Part shown: one piece after another, positions 13,089 to 24,274 of the stretch
Layout of the letters: each line of letters begins with the position of its first letter
How positions within the stretch are numbered: the first letter of the stretch is position 1
Position numbers and translations under genes: made by a program
From: Phaeosaccion multiseriatum
Taxonomy: Eukaryota; Protista; Ochrophyta, other classes
DNA length: 64,000 nucleotides
Assembly: GCA_965112735.1 (NCBI GenBank)
Contig: OZ218964.1
Span: 2,418,001 to 2,482,000, forward strand
Direction: 5' to 3'
The notes under the pieces: generated by a model
Databases searched by the model: none
What the model was told of the DNA's origin: nothing
What the model saw: only the letters and a program-made list of their open reading frames with translations

Positions 13089-14705
13089 ATGATCGACCAG
13101 GACACTTGCAAGGCCCAGCCTTTGGAGCCCTTTCTTGCGGCTGCTGCTGCGACGGCGGTTCCTCTTGCTGCTCCTGCCGCTTCTTTTCCATCCGTGCTGT
13201 TGCTGGGCGTGATGGGCTCATCCGCTGCGCCACGTTTCTCCTCCGGTCCACCCAGCTATCCCACGAGTCTCAAGAGGTGCGGAAAGGTTACGCAAGGTAC
13301 TGCGTCCTTTGCTCTATGCACTTACATTCCCCTCCTCGCATCATGTCCGCTTCTACTCGCGGTACTTACCGGCCTAACCCTCTGCCTTCTTCCCCCCAAA
13401 ATCTCCGCAGCCCATCACCCCCACCTCTTTTCCTTCATGTCTTCCATCCACGCGGCTCCACGGCCAAGCCTCAACCGGACTCGTCCCATGAGCGCCCCGG
13501 CTCCTCATCCGGCAGGGGGGTGAAGGGGCCATCGCCCGCAATGAGGTACGTCTGATGACTACCAAGAGACTGTGCCCCTCCTCCGCACGTGTCCAGTTCG
13601 CACCACGACTTCTTCCCTAGTCTTGATGCCGCTGGGAACATCCGAGAGTGACGAGGGGGAAGGAGGGGTCAATAGAGGATGCGGGGCACAGAACAAGGGG
13701 GGCTTTGGGGCAGCAGTAGCAACCGCTGGAGGAGAAGGAGCAGGGGGGAGCGGAGGAGCAGAAGCTCCAGCAGCATGCCCGGCAGCAGGGGCACAAGAAA
13801 CAGCAGGAGCCACGAGCAATGAGAGGAGAAAGAGAAGGGCAAGCAGGAGCAGGAGCCGCTGTATGGACTCCTCTCCCTCCCGCGAGACTAGCGGAGCCCT
13901 TCACCTCCTCCCCTCTTCTCCTGCAGAGCCTGGGCATCAGTACTCTCTCCCCCGGTCCGGTTGGCTCGGCTCTTCCAGCACCCCTGGATCGATTCAGAGG
14001 GCCTGGCCCCGTGGTGCACCACGAATGCTGAGGTGAGTGGTGGCGACTGCGTGGGGGGGGCGTGAGCGAGCCAAGCTGTGAGCCCCCTGCTTTCGGCTAG
14101 ATACAGCCTCACCTCCTCTTTAGGAGAGCTCCACTCGCCCACTCTCTTCCCCTCCCCCGCCCGCCCCACCTCCCATACCCCATATCCCTCACCCCCACAG
14201 CCGCTCAAACTCGTTCATTCTCCGGGCAGACAGGAGCTCCGCGTCGTCAGCGGGAGAAGAAAAGGGAGAAGGAGAGGGGGTGAGTAGCCGCATGCCGTCG
14301 AGAGGAGAGCATGTAGACGAACTCGAAACCGAACTCGATGCCGATGCCGATGTCAATGTCGATGTCGAAGGCGCGCCCCTGGGGGAAGCACCGGTGAGGG
14401 ATGCCTCCATCTCCTTCTCCTCTTCCTCCCACGCGGCCTTGTTGCGGCGCATGGGTCTCGTGATACCCAACTTTGACCGTGTGCAGCAGTATGAAGACCT
14501 GCAGCGGGAGCTGGAGATGCTCAGGGGGGAGGAGGAGAAGGACTACGCAGGAGGAGGGAGGACCCGAGCGACTAGAGGGGAGGGCTCTAGGCGGGGACAG
14601 ACGACTCAGCCTGCCAGCGCTCGGCCTCGGATGGAGGGGTGCGCCGGGCAGACCCAGGGGGGGCAGGGTGAGCAGGTACGGAAGGAAGCAAGTGGCTGTA
14701 GATGA
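13089..14705 (+). pseudogene. Low-complexity spliced gene or fragment (block D), divergent from ANK copy 3; 5'-truncated copies at ~7380-8330 and ~19025-19950
   Basis: ATG 13089 (MIDQDTCK...) with splice-like sites; the segment ...IPNFDRVQQYEDLQRELEML is shared with frameshifted copies. The 12860-13800 part exists only in this unit. Confidence 0.35.
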
Positions 14706-17392
14706 AAGCTGAGGGCTGAAGGCTGAATGACAGCATGATAGCAGCTGTTAAGGCCGAGTGAGGATGAAAGGGGGGTCGGTACCGGGATGTTGGGGGGGCA
14801 AAGGCGCAAAGGCGGCAAGGTGGATGATCAACAATTGAGTCCTTTTCGCCCTTCTTTCTCTCTGTCCCTCGCTCTGTCTCTCTCTTTTATCTCTCCCTCC
14901 CTTCCTCCCTCCCTTCCTCCCTCCCCCTCCCTCTGGCCGTGGGCCACAGACGCGTACACCGCTCTGCCTCGACAGCAGGCCAGGCAGCGCTCGCAGCGCC
15001 GGCGCCATGAAGAGGCGGAACGAACAGCGCCAGCAGCAGGGCAGAGGGGGCAAGGGCGGCAGAGAGGGAGGGCTGCTGATGCGGGGGGCGGCGGCAGTTC
15101 TGCAGCAACAGCGGCACTCCGGCCAAGCCTCTGCGGTGAGGGAGGGGAGGGAGGGAGGAAGAGACTTGGTGATACAGAGGGAGGGAGGGAGCGAGTGCGA
15201 GAGAGCGGGGTAAGCAGATCGAGATGGCCCTGGACAGGAGGGCAGAGCTCGTCGAGGGCGGCAGGATGTTCGCCGTCAATGGAAGGTGAGGGGGGAGGAG
15301 GGATGAAGGGGTGAGGGAGGAGGGGAGGGGTAAGGGAGGGAGGGAGGAAGGGGGTGAGGGAGATGATAGAGGGTAGAGTATGCTACGAATGGAACGCAGG
15401 AGGAGGGAGTGGAGCGACGAAACGATGGGGCGTGGTGCGCTGTGCTCCACCCCTCTTGACATGTGCTTTCTCCCTGCCTCCTTCCTTCCTTCCTTCCTTC
15501 CTTCCTTCCTTCCTTCCTTCCTTCCTTCCTTCCTTCCTTTCTTCCTTCCTTCCTTCCTTCCTTCCTTCCTACCTTCCTTCCTTCCTCCCTTCCTTCCTTC
15601 CTTCCTTCCTTCCTTCCTCCCTCTCTTCCTCCCTCCCTTCCTTCCTTCCTTCGTTCCTTCCTTCCTTCCCTCCACTCATTGACATAGCGTTCACTCTGAC
15701 GACCTCTCTTCCCCCTCTCTTCTCTCTCTCTCTCTCCACATTCTTCACCCTCTGTCCACCCTTTCTCCCCTGCTGCGAGCAAGTGCGCATCATCGAAGAA
15801 GACCCTTCCGCCGCCGCCGCCGGAGCGCCTCCCTGGCACAGAGACCGATCCAGATCGGTACAACAGCTTCGACCTGCCCCCTTGGACCCAGCGCGGAGCG
15901 GTCTGCGATCATTCCAGGCCTCGCGATCCCCCGGGGCGGAGAGGAGGGGGCGGGAGGAGGATATGCTGGGTGGAGCGCCAGGGGGGGGGGGGAGCATGAG
16001 CCATCGGAGCGTTCTCAATCTCGCCATTAGGGGGGGGGGAGAAGCTCTGCCTATGGATCCAACCCTCAGGAGGAGGAGGGGGGCGTCACAAATGGCTTCA
16101 GTACCACCAACACCAGGAGAGGGAGAGGGGGCTGGGAGGGGAGGGCAAGGTAATGGACTTGTTGGACTTGGGTATCCGCAGAGGCCCATTGGAAGCCCCG
16201 TCACAGGGACGGGCAGGAGAGAGAAGGAGAAGGTATCATTGGTGGTAGTGGTGGTGGTGGTGGGGTTGGTGTTAGGCCAGAGTCAGCCCCTGTGAGTCGG
16301 GGGGGGAGGGAAGGCGGGGGTAGCGGGGGAGAGGAGGGAGGGACACCGCGAGGGAGGGTAGCAGGAGGAGGGGCAAGAGGAGGAGTAGGATGAAGAGGAG
16401 GATGAAGAAGAGGAAGAGGCAGGCACGGCAGGTAGACGAGGAACCCATCCTCACTCACCCACCCACTCACTCACTCACTCACTCGCTCATGCACCAAGTA
16501 TTCACTTTCTAGCTCTATTCTATAAACGAAGTCCAGAGAGCAAATGCAATACACATGCTTGTCCAAGGTCGAGAGGCAAGCAGCAAGATTCACAGATGGA
16601 TACAATTGCGGTACTCCGTATCCACTGCCTCCCCGCTACTCTCTTCCGTCCGCTGGGAAACATGGCTCACCCGTACGCTTCTATCTGATCCCCACTTGAT
16701 ATTGCCGAGGGCAGGGCTCTCTTCGACGAGGGGGCAGAAATAGAGACCAAGAAGTAGCAGAGCACTGGGGAAGTCACTGAGTACTAGCTCATCTTGTTAG
16801 TTTACGTAATCTTTCGTAATAGCAAAGGGTTTCATCAGTCACTGAGTACGCATAGACTCGATTGGGCGGAGCTTGCCTACTGCCTCCACAGGGGCACAAC
16901 CCCCGCCTAGGACCTGGCGTTCACCTTCACCACTCTGTGTTTAGCAGGGCAGTACCCTTCTCTAATAATCTGTGACTACTTGCTGTGCCCGCATGCCCCA
17001 CCCAGGAAGGAAGCCCTCGGCCTCCAACCATCGGGATTACACTCTCCCCCCTTCAAACGCACTGACCTTCCCTCTCACCCCCCCCCCCTCAAGCTATACA
17101 CTGCATCCATTGGTGCCGTAAGCTACACACGTGACTCCCCTCCCCCCCCGGACCCCCTACCTCCTGTACTCCGACTCCTCTCTGCGACAGAGCATCGCAA
17201 TCACTTCACCGCTCTTACACCAAGCCAGTGTGCCGTGGGCTGTCTCTCTCTCTCGCATCGCATCCTCATGTACAGGCTCACTCGCATGGGCTGCATGACT
17301 GGTGCAAGCGAGCAAGCGGGAGCGGTAGTGTTTCGTTGCCAAAGTCCTCGTTGCCCCTACCAGCCCCCACCTCGCACATCCCTCCTACTCGC

Positions 17393-18887
17393 TCAGCCCA
17401 TCTCCTCCGCCATGCTCTCCCACGTCTCGCTCCCCACACTCCAGGGCCTCTCCAGCGGCAGGATTCCGCTCTCCTTGCCGAAGGTCGGATCCGTCCTTCG
17501 CATGAGGTCCAGCGCGGTTTGGGACCGGAAGAAGGCTGCTGCCGCCTCCATAAGTCGCTGCTCGATGTCCCGGCCGAGCTGATACCGCCGTGCCCCAGCC
17601 AAGGCCTTGTCCACCGAAGCATCGGCCGAGAGGAGCTGCCGCGCAGTCCCGTAGTGGTCATTGTGGATGGCAGCAAGGAGAGGGGTGATACCGTGTGATG
17701 CCGTGGTATCGATGGGGGATCCCGCAGAGATGAGACGAGCGACGACGGCCTCGTGCCCATTGTGCGCTGCAAGGTGGAGGGGTGAAGCGCCATTGTTGGC
17801 CCGCTTGTCCACACGTGCTCCCGCAGAGAGAAGCTTCTCCACCACGGCGTCGTGCCCTTCCTGACAGGCATTGCCAAGAGGAGTCGCACCTTGGAGGTCA
17901 GCCTTGTCGATGCTGGCGTGGGCGCTGATGAGCTGCTGTACGATACCCGCATGCCCATATCGGGATGCCTGCAGGAGCGGAGTAGCCCCGATATTATCTG
18001 CGTTGTCCACATCCGCTTGGGCTGAGATGAGGAGCCTTACAACAGATCCATGTCCGTTCTGAGAGGCCAGCCAAATCGGAGAAGAACCGTCTTCCTCCGC
18101 CAAGTCGACACTAGCGCGCGCCGAGAGCAGCTGCTGCACTGTGGTGGAGTGTCCCACAGTTGATGCTGCAATCAAGGGAGTAAGTCCTCTGGCACCCGCT
18201 TGGTCGACAGGGGCTCCAATGTCCAAAAGCCGCCTCACCACCTGATCGCGTCCGTTGCTGCTAGCGGCTATCAATGGCGTGGCTCCGACGAGCCCGCATC
18301 TGGTGCGGAAGGAGGCCCCTTCGCGCAGCAGAAAGTCCATGACATCCAGCCGACCGTGTTGTGCAGCCCTCAACATTGCGGTGTATCCTTCTTCGTCGAC
18401 AGGCTGATCCAAACTCGCTTTGCCATGTTTGGCGATGAGCTTCCCAACCACCGCTCTCACATTGGGGAAGCTCTCCCCTCTGACCAGGGCCTGCCCCAGC
18501 CGCCGCGCCTGGTGTTGTTGAGGGAAACGATGTCGGGGGGGAGAGGCGCACATGCATAGGATGAAAGGATCAACAAGAAGCTGCTGACTACTTCGATACG
18601 TGCGTATCCCACCACCTCAGGGATCGTATCCGAAAAGCCCCCCCTCGCTTTGCTCTCTCCGAAGCATAGTCAGAGTCCATCTATTTCCTCAAAGCGGGGG
18701 AGAGGCCCATACACCGGATGAAAAGGGATCAACGGAGAGCTTCCCACTGCGTCGACACGTGAGCTTCCCACCGCAGCTTCCGTATCCGCACAAGGACCCT
18801 CTCTATGCTCTATTCTTTCCTGAGGACATCGTCATATAGGAGGGCGCTAGATCGTACCTCGGGCGTTAACGTTGTCTGCTGCGCCAT
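17393..18887 (-). CDS. Ankyrin-repeat protein copy 4 (8 repeats); probable exons 18887-18858 and 18508-17393
   Basis: Intact ANK ORF with the same exon 1 (MAQQTTLTPE) and the same invariant C-terminal tail. Confidence 0.9.
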
Positions 18888-21800
18888 ATTGAGCAAGCGG
18901 CCCCTCCCTTGAGACGGCAGTGCTGACAAGGGGGCTGCAGAAGGCCCTCTCCCTGCTGCGCCTGCCGTGCAGTAGGCGGTCGCTCTGCCTTTCTTATCAG
19001 GCCTCCCCGCTATATGTTTAGTTATGGAGGCCTCTGAAGGCATTGGGTTTGGTGATCCGATTCACAGATCCCGATCCCAGGGGGGTGCGAGAGCAAGCAG
19101 AGCCGGGGGGGGTCAGTGGGAGGAGAAGGAGAAGGGCAAGCAAGAGCAGGAGCTGCTGTATGGACTCCTCTCCCTCCCGCGAGACCAGCGGAGCCCTTCA
19201 TCTTCTCCCCCCTTCTCCTGCAGGGCCTGGGCATCAGCACTCCCTCCCCCGGTACGGCTCTGCTCTTCCAGCACCCCTGGACCGATTCAGAGGGCCTGGC
19301 CCCGTGGTACACCACGAATGCGGAGTGGTGGCGACTGCGTGGGGGGTGCGAGAGCGAGCGAAGCTGTGAGCCCCCTGCTTTCGGCTAGATACAGCCTCAC
19401 CTCCTCTTCAGGAGAGCTCCACTCGCATACCCCATATCCCACACCCCCACAGCCGCTCAAACTCGTTCATTCTCCGGGCAGACAGGAGCTCCGCATCGTC
19501 AGCGGGAGAAGGAGAGGGGGTGAGTAGCCGCATGCCGTCGCGAGGAGAGCATGTAGACGAACTCGAAACCGAACTCGATGCCGATGCCGATGTCAATGTC
19601 GATGTCAAAGGCGCATCCCCCGAGAAGCACCGGCGAGACGTGCCTCCTTCTCCCTGTCCTCGTCCTCCCACGCGGCCTTGTTGCAGCGCATAAGTCTCGC
19701 GATACCCAACTTTGACCGTGTGCAGCAGTATGAAGACTAGCGGGAGCTGGAGATGCTCAGGGGGGAGGAGGAGAAGGACTACGCAGGAGGAGGGAGGACC
19801 CGAGCGACTACTAGAGGGGAGGGCTCTAGACGGGAACAGACGACTCGGCCTGCCAGCGCTCGGCCTCGGATGGAGGGGGGCGCCGGGCAGACCCAGGGGG
19901 GGCAGGGTGAGCAGGTACGGAAGGAAGCAAGTGGCTGTAGATGAAAGTTGAGGGCTGAAGGCTGAATGACAGCATGACAGCAGCTGTCAAGGCCGAGTGG
20001 GGATGGAGGGGGGTCGGTACCAGGATGTTTGGGGGGGCAAAGGCGCAAAGGTGCCAAGGTGGATGATCAGCAATTGAGTCCTTTTCGCCCCTCTTTCTCT
20101 CTGTCGCTCTCGCTCTCTCTTATATATATCTCTCTCTCTCGCTTTCTCTCCCTCCTTCTCCCTCTCTCTCCCCTCTCTCTCTCGCTCTCGTCACCTGCCT
20201 CTCTCTCTCCCACCTTTCCTCTCTCCCTCTCTCTCTCCCTCTCTCTCCCTCCTTTCCTCCCTCCCCCTCCCTTTGTCCGTGGGCCACAGACGCGCACACC
20301 GCTCTGCTTCGACAGCAGGCCAGGCAGCGCTCGCAGCGCCCGCACCGTGGAGAGGCGGAATGAGCAGCAGCGGCAGCAGCAGCGCAGAGGGGGCAAGGGC
20401 GGTAGAGAGGGAGGGCTGCTGATGCGGGGGGCGGCGGCAGTTCTGCACCCACAGCGGCAATCCGGTCAAGGGCAGCCTCTGCGGTGAGGGAGGGGAGGGA
20501 GGGAGGGAGAGAGTTGGTGATACAGAGGGAGTGAGTGAGCGAGGCAGAGAGAGCGGGGGTGAAAGCGTGAGGAAGTGAATGGGTGCGGGAGGAATTGAGG
20601 GAGCGAGAGCGGGTGGGGGGAGGGAGGAAGAAGGGTAGCAGCGCCGCCAGCAGGCAGTGAGGTCTCGCAGCAGAGAAGACAGCGACGTGTGTATTGAATG
20701 AGTAATTGATGCCCTCGCTCCCCGTACCCGGTCCCACTTGTGCTCTGCTGCTCTGCTGCTCTACCATTCATGTCTGCTCGATCCTGCTCTACACGGTTCT
20801 ACCCCCCTCCTTTCTACTCCCCATCTCTCCTCCCAAAGGCCAAGCTTCGGAGTCGTCGGGAGAAGCAGCAGCAGCGGAGCAGCGGCCATCGCGGCGACAG
20901 GCGTGGTTGGACCCAGCACAGTCAGAGGAGGAGCAAGGCCGGTGATGGCCGCTGCTGCTGTACCACCAACTGTTGTATCTCGAGACGATGTGCTGGAGGG
21001 GGATACGCAGATCGAGATGGCACTGGACATGAGGGCAGAGCTCGTCGAGGGCGGCAAGATGTTTGGCGTCAATGGAAGGTGAGGGGGGAGGAGTGTGAGG
21101 GAGGGAGGGAGGGAGATGGCAGAGGATAGAGTATGCTATGGATCCAACGCACGAGGAGATGGACCGACGAAACAATGGAGTGACTCCCCGCAGCACGGTG
21201 GTGCGCTCTGCCTGCTCTACCCCTAATGACATACGCTTCCTCCTTGCCACCGTCCTTCCCTCCTTCCTTCCTTCCTTCCTTCCTTCCTCCTTTCCTACCT
21301 CCTTTCCTTCCGCTCATTGACTTAGCAGTCCCTCTCACGACCTCGCTCCTCCCATCCTCTCTTCTCTCTCTCTCCACTCTCTCCATCCGCTTCTCCCCCT
21401 CGCCTCTGTTCACCCCCTGCTACCGGAGAACAAGTACGCATCATCGAAGAAGATGCTTCCGCTGCCACCACCGGAGCGCCTTCCTTGCACAGAGACCATT
21501 CCAGATCTCTTCCATCGGTACAACAGCTTCGACCTGCACCCTTGGACTCAGCGCGGAGCGGTCTGCGATCGCTCCGGGCCTCGCGATCCCCCGGCACGGA
21601 GAGGAGGGGGCGGAAGGAGGATATGCTGGGTGGAGCTCCAGGGGGGAGGGAGGAACATGTGCCATCGGAGCGTTCCCAATCTCGACATTGGGGGGGGGGG
21701 GGGAGAAGCTCTGTTTATGGCTCCAACAGATCGCTCGCGCCTGCACGTGAAGAACGGGTTCGGCTTCCCCGAGACACAGTTATACTAATTTTTCATGCGG

Positions 21801-22162
21801 GGTGGCGCAGGCCCGACAGTTCTTCTATTTTTTTATGCGGGGTGGGCGCTCCGTCGGAGGATAGCTAGGCCGGTTGGCCGCTCTTGGACGCGTTTGGACC
21901 ACTCTTGGTCGCGTTTGGACCAGCCACAAGCTGCCTTCCTTCTGGCGTCTACTCTTCGCTACTATTACCCCTTTTCATTCTTTACTACTATTGTACAAAG
22001 GAGAGTGCTCACGCAGCTGGGGAGCGCGCAGTGTTGTCCCTTCCTCCCACATCCGACGACCAAAACATTCCTCGTGCTAAAAAAAAAATCGAAGTAGAAC
22101 AAAAAAAAGAACCAAACAAACACAACCGGCTGCCTGCCGTGACGACCTGTACCTGCCTGCCC

Positions 22163-24041
22163 TCAGCAGCCAAACTCGTCGGACTTGTCCAGGATGTAAT
22201 CGTACCAGCGCAGAAAGTGGAGGTTCCACGAGTCAAATCCCGGCTGGTGCCAGTGCCAGGAGCTTTTTGGGGGGATGTGGTGGTCCAGGCAGTCGCCCGT
22301 CGCGTCCTTGTACACAAAGTTGTACTCCGCTTGCTCCACGGAGTCGTCGTAGTGGCACAGGAGGTACGTCTCGTTCTGCGCGAGGAGCTCCGGCTCAGCG
22401 GGCTGCAGATTGCGCACAATGTCCTGCTTGAAGCGGTACAAGTTCACCAAGCTCCACCACCACGCCTTGCTGCGGTGCACCGCTCCGGTGTAAAAGTGCA
22501 TGACTCTGCTAGGGCCGTGCGCGGTGCGTTGTGGGTGGGTGCGTCGCAAGTAGCGGGGGTGGAGAGAGAGGGTTGGCCCTTCGACAAGTGCACAGAGGAC
22601 GCACTCTGCTGGCGGATGACAGGTGCGTAAAAGTGACGCGACTGCTGCCTCACTGAAGATAGCCTGCCTGCCTGCCCCCCTCGCCTCACACACTCACGCA
22701 CGTACCGGTCTCCCTCGTGCACGTCGGGCGCACTGCCGGTCTTGAAGGCCTTGGCCGAGCCGTACGTCGTGACCCTGACCTTTACGTCCTTGTAATTTTC
22801 CTTGATGTCGACGTATGACATCTGGGCCATTGCCCCGCCCAGGGAGTGTCCTGATGGGGAGGAAGGTGGAGAGGAAGAGGCAGAGGCAGAGGCAGGGGCA
22901 GAAGGGGCGCGCATGATGAGGGAGAGGACGGACGGCCCCAGCCAGCCAGGAGTCGAGTATTCCTTCTGCCCCTCACGCTCACTCGCTCACACACCGATGA
23001 TGTGGATGCCCTTCAGCCCCGCCGCGAGGCCCGAGGACACCGTCTCATTCACGAGACACCCCACAGCCCGCAGCGCCTCCATGGCCAAGGCGCCGATGCC
23101 CATGTACTCCTCATGAAAGCCCTGCAGCACTTCGTACTTGTCCAGCCAAGGCTCGTAGTCGCTACTGCCGAGCACGAGCTGGAGGAGGGGGGGTCGGTGA
23201 GGGTATGGCCGGTGTTTATGGTCACATTCCACACCAAAAAATGGGCGGGCTAGACAAAAATGCCCTGCCGAAACAGATAGCGCCTACCACTGACAGGCGG
23301 CAGGCATGCCCCTCTTCGCTCCAGCGACCCCTCCCTCGTCCTCGACCCAATTCTCAACGTACCGTCACCCAGTCAGAGACGTCGTCAACGCCGTGGAAAG
23401 CGACATGGCAAAATCGTCCATCCTCCCCGTCAAGATTGTTGCCTGTCTCTCCATCCTTGCACACCAGCACTCTGTCCTCGCCGGCGAACGTCCCATTGGA
23501 GCTCAGGGAGCGGGTGATGCACTTGCGACCGTCGTCCGTCAGGCTCACGTTGTCGCTGGACTTGGGAATGATGTAGGGCATCTCGCATGTCTCGTTCCTC
23601 GTGGGGGTGATTCTGGCGTACGCGTCGGCGCTCATCCGCATCCACTTCCTGCGGCAGGTGAGCCAGGATGAGCAAAGAACAAGAAGGGAAGGAGAGAAGC
23701 AACAATAACACCAAGCGAAGCAAGCGCATTTGTTGGCCTGGCTGTGCGTAGTATCTTCAAAGTGGCCGGCGTGCCCGGCCGGCCGCTCACCTCACTCACC
23801 GCTGAGAGCAGGTGTCAATGTCCCCGCAGCAGCCCGTCATAAACGGAGGGCAGCTATTCATGCTTCCGTTGGTGTAGACGGGGTTGTCATCATCCCAGGG
23901 CAAAAGGAGGCGTCTGTGCTTTTCATCAACAGGATGACGCTCAATGTCAGCAGCAGCAGACACGCCGTCCGCTGCGTGAGCCACAGCAAGTACTCCTGCG
24001 ATGACCCCCCCCGCGATGATGAGCCGCAGCTTGGGGCACAT
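22163..24041 (-). CDS. Secreted class-3 lipase, 5 exons (24041-23800, 23648-23363, 23178-22995, 22850-22706, 22505-22163)
   Basis: Hydrophobic N-terminus (MCPKLRLIIAGGVIAGVLAVAHA). Motifs HVAFHGVDDVSDW, VLQGFHEEY, IHIIGHSLGGAMA, TTYGS, QDIVRNLQP and NLHFLRWY. All introns are GT-AG and phase-compatible. Confidence 0.92.
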
Positions 24042-24274
24042 CTTCTTGCAAGTGAATGTGAAATGAAAGAGAAAGAGGAACAAGTTGGAACAAATTCTCT
24101 CAACTTCGCTCTCTCCAACTTCCCTTTCGATCTCCAACTGTGCAATGTTCTTCTTTTTTCCGAGCGTTCCCCGATTGTTCCCCAGTAAACCCACCACACT
24201 TTCTTCTTGTTTCGTTGAAAGGGGGGTTGGGGGGGCGAGGACGGCTTGTCTGAGACCTTCTCCTGCGAGAGAGT
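24042..24274. promoter_or_regulatory. Probable bidirectional promoter
   Basis: Only 233 bp separate divergent start codons; inferred from gene arrangement. Confidence 0.4.

Larger units (their letters stand above)
1..21727. repeat. Tandem segmental-duplication array of ~5-6 kb units (blocks D-A-B-ANK) with internal deletions and insertions
   Basis: The same blocks recur. 'cagctgt(t/c)aaggccgagtg' at ~3, ~8363, ~14742, ~19981; 'cactttctagctctattctataa' at ~2287, ~10367, ~16503; the ANK 3' tail at 3157, 5447, 11225, 17393; 'gaaggcattgggtttggtgatccgattcacagatcc' at ~4786, ~7380, ~19036. Homology stops abruptly at ~21727 and probably continues to the left of the window. Confidence 0.95.

Noticed and set aside
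3157-18887. Diversity-generating retroelement behind the ANK variation
   Set aside because: No reverse transcriptase and no template/variable repeat pair in the window, and changes are not evidently adenine-restricted. Recombination plus selection explains what is seen.
1-21727. Array as a Helitron or Pack-type transposon
   Set aside because: I found no convincing termini, TIRs or transposase.
23430-23729. Signal-peptide ORF MRLLRLVLLLLL
   Set aside because: It starts in the pyrimidine-rich part of lipase intron 1 and runs out of frame with the lipase exon.
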